Of a DNA stretch of 64,000 nt, positions 55,141 through 64,000 are shown one piece after another (the first letter of the stretch is position 1; each line of letters starts with the position of its first letter). The stretch is from a virus (taxonomy: Duplodnaviria > Heunggongvirae > Uroviricota > Caudoviricetes): positions 88,286-152,285 of the IMG/VR virus record IMGVR_UViG_3300032167_000002. One strand, 5' to 3'. Below the pieces are notes generated by a model that did no database searches, was not told the DNA's origin, and worked only from the letters and a program-made list of their open reading frames with translations. A program made the position numbers and the translations under genes.

Positions 55141-56028
55141 TTAGCCTACGAAATACTCGTAAGCACGTCTTGCGTAATCTCTACGCACCCAACGATGTCC
55201 TTCGCCACAACGCTCATAATAACAAGCGAAAGCATAAGCACAATCTTCAGGAGTTTCTGCATTTATAATCTTATCGAGCTGACTGTCAGTAACCTGCTTA
55301 GTCACTCCATTAGTTCCATATAATTCGTCTTTTACGAAGTCAAGCTGGTTTTCAACACTGGGATTATTTCCATAGATTGAAAATAACTGCTGTTTGCGGC
55401 CGCCTAACCACTGAATCATACCAAAACCACTAGAACTACTTACGTCCCAGTCAAGGTCGGAAGTCCAGCAACCGCCGCATTCTGCCATCATGTTACCCAT
55501 GATACCAGCGCAAACAATATCACTAAAACCAAGTTCATTCTTCATATAGAGCCAAGCTTGAGTGGCGACCGGATATTCCTCTGCGCGCCCTCTCCAATTC
55601 TCTTCCTCTTGGCGAATTAACTGTTGTTCGGTATAATACTCAACATCTGCTTCAGCATTCTCGAAATCAGTTTTAGCCATGACTACCGCCGGGTGTTCTG
55701 TATCATAGCCCAAGAGCAATAATCCTTCATACACTGATTTTGTTGTATCTTTGCGAAAGATGGCATCTTCTAATGCAGTATTAGCCTCGTCTAATGTAGC
55801 AGGTTCGACACGCTCGACCTCTACAACTTCTAATATAATTATCTCTTCTTCTGGTTCGGTTTCAAGAACCGGTTCAGAAGGCTCAGAAGGGATGTAAGCT
55901 TCCGAAATAGTAGCAACTGGTTCAGTTGGTATAGATTGATTTGCACTGGCAGTGATGGCAATCGTAGCAGCCAATCCTGCGAATAACAAGCTCAATATAG
56001 CAACTAAACAAATAATTTTTCTTTTCAT
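55141..56028 (-). CDS. Secreted peptidoglycan hydrolase, phage-type lysozyme-like (295 aa). N-terminal signal peptide/anchor (MKRKIICLVAILSLLFAGLAATIAITASA). C-terminal domain carries CAGIMGNMMAECGG and a Cys-rich tail.
   Basis: Signal peptide and lysozyme-2-like motif recognised by eye. The location inside the replication module is unusual. Confidence 0.5.
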   Translation of the reverse strand: MKRKIICLVAILSLLFAGLAATIAITASANQSIPTEPVATISEAYIPSEPSEPVLETEPEEEIIILEVVEVERVEPATLDEANTALEDAIFRKDTTKSVYEGLLLLGYDTEHPAVVMAKTDFENAEADVEYYTEQQLIRQEEENWRGRAEEYPVATQAWLYMKNELGFSDIVCAGIMGNMMAECGGCWTSDLDWDVSSSSGFGMIQWLGGRKQQLFSIYGNNPSVENQLDFVKDELYGTNGVTKQVTDSQLDKIINAETPEDCAYAFACYYERCGEGHRWVRRDYARRAYEYFVG

Positions 56029-56067
56029 AATTTCCTCCTAATATTTCTATCAGGCCGTCATTATTTA

Positions 56068-57804
56068 TTAGAAATAGTATTTCTGTTCTCCTACGATTTC
56101 GTAATCTTCAATAATAATTTGTGGTGTTACCGTTCCATTCCAAACGTTGCGCTCACATTTACCCACAACGTTGATAGTAATGCATCCGGATTCGGAGCGG
56201 AGTTTTTCATACTCTTCTTGTGACGACTTGAATTTGATTAAACTCGTGCCATTTGGCAAGGTTATCTTCAGAGTCGGACTCTTATCGGGCGACATTAAAA
56301 CTACATTACCTGCATATACATTAATGTATTCAATCGCCACATAAGGTTCATCGACTCCTTGGCCCCATAAAGATTTGAGTTCAGCGATTTCAACAATATC
56401 TTTTCCACGGAAATCAGCACCATTGAAAATGAAATCAACTTTATAACATGGGGTAAAGTCAAATTCTGCGAGTTCTCGATTAGAGTATTCAATAAAGGTT
56501 TTAAATGCTTCATCAGTAATGCCAACACCCAATGCGTTAGCATGGCCTTCGGCATACATGACTAAATCACTTTCCTTTAAGAATTCTCTTAGGTTATCAA
56601 ATTTCGATTTATCGTATCCTCTTCCTGAACCCTCCCAGCCATCTACTGTCTTATTTAGTAGCAGAACTGGTCGTTGATATTTCGCCATTAGTTGGTTTGC
56701 AATCAAACCAGTAAGGTTTCTATCGGCCGCAAAAGTATCTAATTTGACAACCAAAATCTTATTCTCTAACAGATTTTTTTCTTTGATTATGCGTTCAATG
56801 TTCTCCAAGGCTGCGTCTCTTGCTTTTGTCTGTCTATTTTTAATGTTTGTGCAATTACGACAAGCCTGCTCTACTCTTGTCTCCTGCTGACCCTTACATC
56901 CTCTCTTGGTTGATGGGACTAGTTCATATCCCCGATAGTCAAGCATAGACTCGAATAGCATGAGCTTTTCTTCTTGCGTTCCCATTCGAATAGTGGCATT
57001 TACATAGGGAGCAATATAGAAAGCTACTCCAATAGGTGTGATTTCACCTTTCAGCGAATACGCTTGTTTGTCTACCATACCTTTGAAGTATGGATTACGA
57101 ATATTTTCAAGACCGCGTGTAATCAGATGTCTCGTTTCAAAATCTCGTAAGTCCATCATGTCGGCCACCATGCCCAGTGCGACCAAATCCAAATAATCAT
57201 CTGCGTAATCAACATTGAGGAGTTCATCCATATAAGAACAGAACTTATATACCATTCCAACTCCAGACAAAGACTTGGTGGGATAATCACAAAGTTGATT
57301 GTTAATAATCACAGCATTTTCGGAAATTTTATCTGCTTCATGGTGGTCAATTACCAACACATCCACTCCTTTGGACTTCAACTGTTGATGTTCATCATAG
57401 TCATTAGAACTAGAGTCTGGTGCGATAACCAGTTTTACATCATCAGGGATGGTTTCCAAAAGAATTCCGTGTTGTTTCCCCGTATGGATACGATAGTAAA
57501 TATTAGATTGCACAAAGCCGGGGAAAAGACGATTTAAATAGTTGATTAAAGCGGCGGCTGAAGTATAACCATCACAGTCGCTATCAATCTAAATTAGAAC
57601 TTTGTCACCTTGTGCAATGTGTTTCACGAGGACTTTTGCGCCCTCTGCGACATTCATAATCATCTATGGATTAAGAATATCTTCATCTGTTGTGTTTAAA
57701 TAGTGTTCTACATTTTCGGGGTCAATACCTCGATTAAACAGCACCTGTTCGACCGCACTTAATTCTCTAGGCGGGATGCGAGATGCTAAAAGTTGATATT
57801 CCAT
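56068..57804 (-). CDS. RecJ-like DHH-family ssDNA exonuclease/phosphoesterase (578 aa) with two TAG read through. The true N-terminus (97 aa, including DHH motif I IDSDCDGYTS) lies upstream of the track ORF.
   Basis: DHH motif VLVIDHHEA in the track ORF. Reverse-complement translation of 57514..57804 gives MEYQLLASRIPPRELSAVEQVLFNRGIDPENVEHYLNTTDEDILNP-MIMNVAEGAKVLVKHIAQGDKVLI-IDSDCDGYTSAAAL, in frame (1737 nt). RBS AAAGGAGG. Confidence 0.65.
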
Positions 57805-57868
57805 AGAATTCAACCTCCTTTCATGTAGACCACCAACTATTTATTTGAAAAATGTTTCAAATCAATTA

Positions 57869-58186
57869 TCACTCCTTGGCATGAAAAAATTCATAATGTC
57901 GAGGACCGTTATAACAAATCAAGGTTCTTTTAATAACGCAATCGACGAATTCTTCACTGCACCGGGAGTCAATCCAAGCATAATTGGAGCGAATACCTCT
58001 ACTAGACTCGCTAGCACTAGCAACTCTCCATATGTCGCCATTCTCAAACTCAACCCAAGAATTTTGACGAGAATAAACTTCTCTAGTAGGATTAATACCA
58101 GACCAAATATATCTATCTCTGATATATTTTAGTTTTTCAATTCCATCACCCGCTCTATCATAAGACCAGATAACACCTTTCATCAT
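57869..58186 (-). CDS. Hypothetical protein (105 aa).
   Basis: Track ORF with TGA stop. ATGA overlap with the primase. Confidence 0.45.
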   Translation of the reverse strand: MMKGVIWSYDRAGDGIEKLKYIRDRYIWSGINPTREVYSRQNSWVEFENGDIWRVASASESSRGIRSNYAWIDSRCSEEFVDCVIKRTLICYNGPRHYEFFHAKE

Positions 58187-59286
58187 AAAACAATCCTCTC
58201 TTTAAATAGCTTTAAAAATGTATCGGGGCCGCAGTCAATCGGACTGTCCTTATAACCAGTAATCATGTTCTTATCAAAAATAAATGAAATCAAAACAAAG
58301 GTCTTATATTTATCTCTTAATCTTACTAAATTAGTCTTTAAATGTTTAAATTCTTCATCACCGATTTCTTGGAACTGTCTATCAAATGCGACAATAATTT
58401 CTTCGGCGCCAGCTTCTATGAGCATTTGTATCTGGTATGATGACACACTCGACCCGCAGCACGCAACCGAAATATCATTTTCCAATCCAAAATATGATTG
58501 ATATAACAAACAAGATTTTTCACCTTCAAAAATAATCGCTTTCTTCATCAGTTTGATATTATCTTTACTATTGTTGAAATTATATAAATTCATTCCAAGA
58601 GGATGATTATATAACTCACGATTAATTCTCATAGGTCTATACTTGCCGAATCGCTCGCCCTCTTCCGCACATAGTGTTCGCCCACGCAAACCTATAAATC
58701 GACCATCTTTGTCGAAGTGCGGAATTGTGATTTGGTCTCCTCCTGGATAATAACCAATTCTTGCTTGGTCAAGTGCGGCTTGGGTAATACCCTCCCGCAA
58801 CCAGGGACCTATCTTCACAGAGTAGTTGAAGCGTTCCAATATATCATTTTCATATTCTTTTAAGACGACCGTGTTGGTTTTCACAACAACATCTTGAATA
58901 CGCTCGTAGTTAGCAAGGTATTTCCAATCGTCTAATGCTTCATCTTCTGGACGGTCTTCATGGTCGCCAGAAAATCCAAATCGTTGGGCAATCCACCTAA
59001 CTGCGTCATTTAGGTCGAACTCTTTATCCCATTGGATTTTAGCGACCTTAGTAGTTAGTTCGAAAATATCAAAGTAGCTATCACAACCTGTATAACAACG
59101 AAACAACCCAGTATTTTCATAGTAATATAATTTTCTACTTCCTTCACCGGGAGGGTTGTGGCAGATGGTAGTGGAGGTAAACCCGAACACTTCACGTCCA
59201 GGGTCTCCACCCCATTCCTGCAACAAATCGTATATATTTTCGTCTGTTAGAGCTTCTCTGATTTTCGTTTTGTCAAATACTAACAT
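58183..59286 (-). CDS. DNA primase, DnaG-like with a CHC2 zinc finger, 367 aa.
   Basis: CHNPPGEGSRKLYYYENTGLFRCYTGC zinc-binding motif. Located next to the DnaB-like helicase. Confidence 0.7.
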   Translation of the reverse strand: MLVFDKTKIREALTDENIYDLLQEWGGDPGREVFGFTSTTICHNPPGEGSRKLYYYENTGLFRCYTGCDSYFDIFELTTKVAKIQWDKEFDLNDAVRWIAQRFGFSGDHEDRPEDEALDDWKYLANYERIQDVVVKTNTVVLKEYENDILERFNYSVKIGPWLREGITQAALDQARIGYYPGGDQITIPHFDKDGRFIGLRGRTLCAEEGERFGKYRPMRINRELYNHPLGMNLYNFNNSKDNIKLMKKAIIFEGEKSCLLYQSYFGLENDISVACCGSSVSSYQIQMLIEAGAEEIIVAFDRQFQEIGDEEFKHLKTNLVRLRDKYKTFVLISFIFDKNMITGYKDSPIDCGPDTFLKLFKERIVL

Positions 59287-59588
59287 TAATTAATATCAAC
59301 AAGAACCTTGACGCAGAATCCTTTCAAACCGCACTCGCGGTTTACATAATCACACAGAATCTCCTGTGCGGGCTTGGGCAACTTACCGCTCTTAGTCTTG
59401 GCGTCATTGAGAATCTGCTCAGCCATGACCTTGCCCATCTTGTACTCGAAAGTGCCGGCGCAAACATCAGGAGCGGGAATGGTGTCACGCTTCTTGTTAA
59501 AAGCTCCGTCCAAACGAGGTGTATTGTTATTGGGCTTGCGGTTATTGTTTCTCTTGCCGTTATTATTCTTCTTTACAAACTCTGCCAT
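59286..59588 (-). CDS. Small Asn/Lys-rich hypothetical protein. Likely start at the internal Met (about 100 aa), avoiding a 56-nt overlap with the helicase. The track version is 59286..59720.
   Basis: RBS AAAAGGAG upstream of ATG at rc(59586..59588). Confidence 0.4.
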   Translation of the reverse strand: MAEFVKKNNNGKRNNNRKPNNNTPRLDGAFNKKRDTIPAPDVCAGTFEYKMGKVMAEQILNDAKTKSGKLPKPAQEILCDYVNRECGLKGFCVKVLVDIN

Positions 59589-59664
59589 ATCATTAATCTC
59601 CTTTTTATCAATAATTCCAAAATCGGAATCGTGTAACAAATTTAATTTACTTCTTGAGCCACGC

Positions 59665-61206
59665 TCAATCTTCGCACTCGAAAGCTGACTCTTCATCGAT
59701 TCTAATACGAACATCATCAATACTCACCATTTCATAATCATATGTGGTGCAGAACATTGGTTTAATTCGGCAAACACCCAAATCAGCCTTACACCACAAA
59801 ATTACACCCTTGTATCGTCCTCGTCTATTTTTATAAATAGACATCTTAATTGTAGGTCTTTCAAAAATATTAGAGGACAATATATTTTCCAGAGATACCA
59901 AATCATCATCTTTTACAGACAACAAAATAGAACCATAGTCAATCTTATCCGCAATGGCTTTCGCACCACGCAGTAAGTTCTGGTCGGGAGTTTTACTATC
60001 TTGGTAATCACCGTTCAACTGGGTTGCTGACATAATAAACACACCATACTGATTACAAATGTCTTTTAAACGAGTTGACAGCATGAATAGAATATTATCT
60101 TCTCTCAACTTAACGCCACCAGAACGCTTTGTGATTTCTTCCAAGATTTTCAAACTTGTATGAATATAATCGTGGAACACATATTTTACATCATGTTCAC
60201 GAATATTCTTTTTGATTTTATTTTCAACATCCTGTAGAGAGAAGTCAGGCAACTCTTCTACATAAATAGGACTTTCTTTTAATAACTTTGCCGCTTGAAG
60301 AATTCGTTCCTCTTCGCCTTCGCCATATTCGCCATTAAGAATATGTTCCTCGTTAACGTTAGATAAGAACGCAAGCATCATAGTTTGAATTTCTTCAAGT
60401 TCCTGCTCTGTTGTGATGAATAAAACTGGCTCGGCAGGGCCACTACCAATCCATCCAAAAGTTTCATCGTAAATCTTATTACAACCAATATAGCAGCAGT
60501 CCGCAATCATTGAACGAGTTTTACCGATACCGGTTGCCGCAGAACGAAGATAGAATTTCTTCAATCTTGCGCCACGAGTAACTGTATTAATAAGCGGGCC
60601 ATATAGAGGTACACCGACTTCTGGATGCTCTTTGAATTTTTCAATCAAATCAAAAATTCCATCACCGGCTTGCTGTGCTTCTCCAAAAGCGTCATCAACA
60701 TATTGAAGTCGAATATCATCAATCTTTTTATCAACTTTATCAGCAATTTCTTCCAAAGTTGAATTATCTAATTGGTCCTCTTGGAGTTGCTTTTTCTTTG
60801 TATCTAAAATATTATCTGCGTCATAAATATCGGTAACATCAATTCCGCAGTTATCAAATGCACGAAGTAAAGAGAATTTCTTTAATCGTCCATAATAGTA
60901 ATCAAATGCTGATGGCATTGCGTTTTCTGAAATCTTCAGTAACCACTCTTCGCCCTTGCCTTGCTTATATACCGCAGCACTCTTGGGTCTTGACGATAAG
61001 AAATCGGAGATACTCTCCAATGTGATTTTATTCGCACCCAATTCATGGATTTTATAAATCGCACCAAAAACAGTTTTATGGAAAGGGTCTGCGAAATCTT
61101 CATCGACAATTGAATATCTATCAGTCGCTTCCAGAAGCTGAGGGGTATTAAACACGCAGCCAATTACCTGCATAATCGCAGTTGTATCTACATACTTACT
61201 GCCCAT
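59665..61206 (-). CDS. DnaB-like replicative helicase, 513 aa.
   Basis: Walker A SAATGIGKT, Walker B-like VFHDYIH, arginine finger NRRG, DnaB-like N-terminal domain. Confidence 0.7.
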   Translation of the reverse strand: MGSKYVDTTAIMQVIGCVFNTPQLLEATDRYSIVDEDFADPFHKTVFGAIYKIHELGANKITLESISDFLSSRPKSAAVYKQGKGEEWLLKISENAMPSAFDYYYGRLKKFSLLRAFDNCGIDVTDIYDADNILDTKKKQLQEDQLDNSTLEEIADKVDKKIDDIRLQYVDDAFGEAQQAGDGIFDLIEKFKEHPEVGVPLYGPLINTVTRGARLKKFYLRSAATGIGKTRSMIADCCYIGCNKIYDETFGWIGSGPAEPVLFITTEQELEEIQTMMLAFLSNVNEEHILNGEYGEGEEERILQAAKLLKESPIYVEELPDFSLQDVENKIKKNIREHDVKYVFHDYIHTSLKILEEITKRSGGVKLREDNILFMLSTRLKDICNQYGVFIMSATQLNGDYQDSKTPDQNLLRGAKAIADKIDYGSILLSVKDDDLVSLENILSSNIFERPTIKMSIYKNRRGRYKGVILWCKADLGVCRIKPMFCTTYDYEMVSIDDVRIRIDEESAFECED

Positions 61207-61209
61207 TAT

Positions 61210-61869
61210 TTACTCCTCCTCGTCTAAAAATGTGAATAACGGACGCTTTTTAACTTTTCTCTGCGGCCTGGGGATAACAATCTCCTTGACCTTTGGAGTA
61301 TATTGTTCGACTTCAACATCTTTATTTTTCTGCTTGGCAAGCCATAAATTATAATAGTAGTTATAAGCATTTTCATACACATAAGGTACAATACCAATAC
61401 CACCATTTGCTTTTGACTTGTCTCCGCCTTTTATTTCATAATGATATACTAATGCTTTGCGAATGCCCGAATATGTATAATTGAATTCCTCAACATACTT
61501 TTTAATCTGCGCTCTAACTCTTGGGTCAATGTAAGTTGTATTAAATAATTCTTTAATATAATCTTCCAACTGTTCCTTATCAGTTTTTTCACGCTTCTCT
61601 TCAAGCTCTTGACAAGCCTTATGAACATATTTATTATTTCCAATCATAACGCAATCTGCGTCTTTCTTGGACATTGGTTTTTGACAATATGCACACTTAA
61701 CATTATCAAGTGGGTCAATGATTTCTTTCTTTACATAGTTTGGGTCTTTCTCTGCTTCACGAAGCATACAGGCGGCGTGTGCATAGCGACGCGCACCGAT
61801 TAACGCATATTCTTCCTTATCTCTGTCAAACTTCTATTTACAATAAGGACAGAGAACCATATGTGCCAT
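61210..61869 (-). CDS. Tandem zinc-finger protein (219 aa) with one TAG read through. Two repeats of CxxC-(22-23)-HxxC (CPYCK-KF...YAHAAC and CAYCQKP...YVHKAC).
   Basis: Reverse-complement translation of 61768..61869 gives MAHMVLCPYCK-KFDRDKEEYALIGARRYAHAACMLREAEKDPNY, continuous with the track ORF. RBS AAAGGAG. The track shows only the second finger. Confidence 0.55.
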
Positions 61870-61903
61870 ACCTTATGCTCCTTTCTTACATTTCTTATAA
61901 TAT

Positions 61904-61954
61904 ATTATACCATAAAAAATAAAAAAAATCAAGTCGGAGCGGAACGCCCCGACC
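61904..61954 (-). promoter_or_regulatory. Compound element. GC hairpin terminator (61932..61954) for the upstream - gene, overlapping a sigma70-like promoter: -35 TTGATT (rc 61927..61932), 17-nt spacer, extended -10 TGGTATAAT (rc 61904..61912).
   Basis: Read from the reverse complement. Third copy of the TTGAyT-N16/17-TGGTATAAT architecture. Confidence 0.5.
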
Positions 61955-61966
61955 TGATACAAATTC

Positions 61967-62938
61967 TTACATTAGGTCAGACTTAATGTCAGCAACAATC
62001 AAGCTAACGAATTCAGCCTGCTCAGGAGTGGTGTCTCCTACCTTCTTGCCCTTGCCAAGATATCTCTCAACAATAGCAGTAATCTTGGGGCCGTTGGTAG
62101 TACCCTTACTCATTAGCTGACCGACCAAGTCCTGGAATTCAGCCATCAGAGCATCGTAATCATAAGTTACCGCAGTAGGAGCAACAATGCGCTCGCTAGT
62201 TACGAACTGACCAGCAGTTTCAGCGGCTTCCTTGTCAATAGCTTCATTCAAAGCATTAACAAGATTCTTGTAGCTCATAACAATTTCAGTAGGCATATAC
62301 TTGAAACGGCAGCCGCACTCAATAGTACCAGAAGCATCACGCAGAGTCAGAACAGACATCTCACCTGCGGCCTTCTGATGAGCATAACCGTAAATATCAG
62401 CCATACCAGCGATAACAGTCTTGGTGGAGTTGCTTAGAGTAGGACGAATCTTCAAAGTCTTAGTACCATCGGGATTATCAATGGATTCGGGCTTATCGTG
62501 TCCAATGAAGAATACTGCATAACCCAACTGAGTCAAGCCACGGAATACTTCATTAAACTCTTCCTTGAACTTAGTCCAACCTTTACCGTAGCCAAGGTCA
62601 CCTAAGTCCTCAATGCCATTCTGATTGCAGATATACTTCTTACAACGGTCGGCAGCGATGTCAATAGTGTCAATAATAACACAGCGATACATCTCCTGAA
62701 CACGAGGGTCCTTCAACTGACGGTACAGCTGCTTCATTTCGGCCCAGGAAGTAACATCCTGTGCCATAACACCAGGCAATGCGTGATAACCAGGTTCGAA
62801 AGCAACTAGAAGGGCCTTATCCATCTGTACGGCAAGAGTAGTCTTGCCGCACTTAGGAGCGCCGTAAATATATGTGATGTAACCACTTAGGTCACGAGAA
62901 ACTTTATGAGGCTGTAGAGCCAATAAATCAATTGCCAT
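61967..62938 (-). CDS. RecA-like/Sak4-like AAA ATPase (recombination/annealing-associated), 323 aa.
   Basis: Walker A GAPKCGKTT, Walker B CVIIDTID. Position next to the SSB-like gene. Confidence 0.6.
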   Translation of the reverse strand: MAIDLLALQPHKVSRDLSGYITYIYGAPKCGKTTLAVQMDKALLVAFEPGYHALPGVMAQDVTSWAEMKQLYRQLKDPRVQEMYRCVIIDTIDIAADRCKKYICNQNGIEDLGDLGYGKGWTKFKEEFNEVFRGLTQLGYAVFFIGHDKPESIDNPDGTKTLKIRPTLSNSTKTVIAGMADIYGYAHQKAAGEMSVLTLRDASGTIECGCRFKYMPTEIVMSYKNLVNALNEAIDKEAAETAGQFVTSERIVAPTAVTYDYDALMAEFQDLVGQLMSKGTTNGPKITAIVERYLGKGKKVGDTTPEQAEFVSLIVADIKSDLM

Positions 62939-62961
62939 GTTTATGTCCTCCTCAGTTTAAA

Positions 62962-63900
62962 TTAGAAATTAAATCCGCCCTGAGCAGGAGCTGCGGCCTT
63001 AGGAGCAGCGTTACGAGATGCCTTATATTCATCCTGACGCTTCTTCATAGCAGCCAAATCAACCTCACGCTTCTGGATAGCTTCATTCAGCTCAGCAGCA
63101 GTGATAGAACTCTCGTCGTCCCATACGTAAGGCTCCTTAGCTGCGCCAGTGATGACGAAATCACGACGAGTATTCTTAACCTCACGAACCTCGTCCTCAC
63201 CGAATGCGGACTCAGTTACAATCTGACGAACAACGACTTCAGATACCTGACGTCCCCAAACACAAGTGAACACAGGATTCTTCTGAGAAGCCTCAAGACT
63301 CTCAAAATATCTCATAGCGTTAGGATTAGTAGCGCTGAACTCAATAGGAAGCAAACTCTTACGGAAGTCGAAGATAGCACCCTTAACAATGCACTTCTCA
63401 GGCAGGTTCTTCTCATCGTCAGCATCAATATGCTTTACAGAAGTGATAACCATATCAGCCTTGAAAGTGTTACGAACCTTTTCATCTTCGTCCAAGGCAT
63501 CAACCTTATGAACGAAACCGCCTTCGTTACGCTTTGCAGAAACAAGCTCTTCCTTACCATTACGGTCGGTATAGAACTCATTTAGACCCAATGCAGAGTC
63601 AACGCGAAGCTTAACGGCCTTATCAGCACCATCCTTCATATAAGAACCGAAAGTGCCATTAATGATATTACTCAAAGTAGTGAAAGTATCATTGGGCTTG
63701 CCGGAACCGAAAGTTGCAGTCACATAAGTGAAATGAACTGGAACAATATTAGTCATAGCATCATCAGTTGCAATGCTGATAGTACCAGAAATGAACTTGG
63801 TTCCAGGATTCTTGGAGGTCTCTCCAGACTCCTTCAAAGTTAAGTCATGCTCATACAAAATACCCTCAATGTGAGTCTGATTAATCATAGTCTTTTTCAT
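62962..63900 (-). CDS. Putative single-strand DNA-binding/annealing protein (312 aa) with a C-terminal aromatic tail (...GGFNF).
   Basis: Genomic context (upstream of the Sak4-like ATPase) and a C-terminal flexible Ala/Pro-rich tail ending in Phe. Weak. Confidence 0.35.
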   Translation of the reverse strand: MKKTMINQTHIEGILYEHDLTLKESGETSKNPGTKFISGTISIATDDAMTNIVPVHFTYVTATFGSGKPNDTFTTLSNIINGTFGSYMKDGADKAVKLRVDSALGLNEFYTDRNGKEELVSAKRNEGGFVHKVDALDEDEKVRNTFKADMVITSVKHIDADDEKNLPEKCIVKGAIFDFRKSLLPIEFSATNPNAMRYFESLEASQKNPVFTCVWGRQVSEVVVRQIVTESAFGEDEVREVKNTRRDFVITGAAKEPYVWDDESSITAAELNEAIQKREVDLAAMKKRQDEYKASRNAAPKAAAPAQGGFNF

Positions 63901-63917
63901 AATTAAATTAAATCTCC

Positions 63918-64000
63918 TTATTCAATCTCAATATTTTTTCCATTGTCAGTGATAGAGTAGATAACCGGGTCCTGACCAACCTTTTCGACGAAACCATCAG
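63918..64000 (-). CDS. 3' end of a gene continuing beyond the window (...DGFVEKVGQDPVIYSITDNGKNIEIE*).
   Basis: Open - strand frame to the window edge. TAA at rc(63918..63920). Confidence 0.4.
   Translation of the reverse strand, partial: DGFVEKVGQDPVIYSITDNGKNIEIE

Noticed and set aside
62962-63900. Confident call of the 312-aa protein as a canonical OB-fold SSB.
   Set aside because: No recognisable SSB OB-fold motif or acidic C-terminal tail. Only context and a C-terminal aromatic residue support it, so it is kept at low confidence.
1-64000. CRISPR arrays, rRNA genes, integrase/transposase or other mobile elements, self-splicing introns/homing endonucleases.
   Set aside because: No regularly spaced direct repeats with unique spacers, no rRNA-like sequence, and no recombinase or HNH/LAGLIDADG-like ORFs were seen. 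The large genes (polymerase, NrdD) appear uninterrupted.

Overview
The window reads as a segment of a large, AT-rich tailed bacteriophage or prophage genome with two opposed modules. On the + strand, positions 1 to about 41,900 are a late/virion module: SH3b-containing tail protein, baseplate-like proteins, a 2683-aa giant protein, and several very large tail-fibre genes carrying LamG-type lectin domains. A bidirectional terminator sits at about 41.9 kb. On the - strand, 41.9 to 64 kb is a replication and nucleotide-metabolism module: DnaE-type Pol III alpha with PHP domain, anaerobic RNR NrdD/NrdG, dUTPase, guanylate kinase, RuvC-like resolvase, Dda/RecD-like helicase, RecJ-like DHH exonuclease, DnaG-like primase, DnaB-like helicase, Sak4/RecA-like ATPase and a putative SSB. 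The dominant signal is genetic-code recoding: TAG (amber) is used as a sense codon. Neighbouring same-frame 'ORFs' in the six-frame track are separated only by TAG, never by TAA or TGA, over stretches up to 3.5 kb. Conserved enzymes (RuvC, Gmk, RecJ) are interrupted only by TAG. A paralogue pair aligns a TAG codon against CAG (Gln). Real stops are TAA and TGA. Amber codons are distributed very unevenly: tail-fibre genes carry 3 to 9 each, whereas the 2683-aa ORF, the polymerase, RNR and helicases carry none. I found no suppressor tRNA, CRISPR array, rRNA or mobile element in the window. All coordinates and products are from manual reading of the sequence and six-frame track. Domain calls rest on recognisable motifs only; no database search was run.
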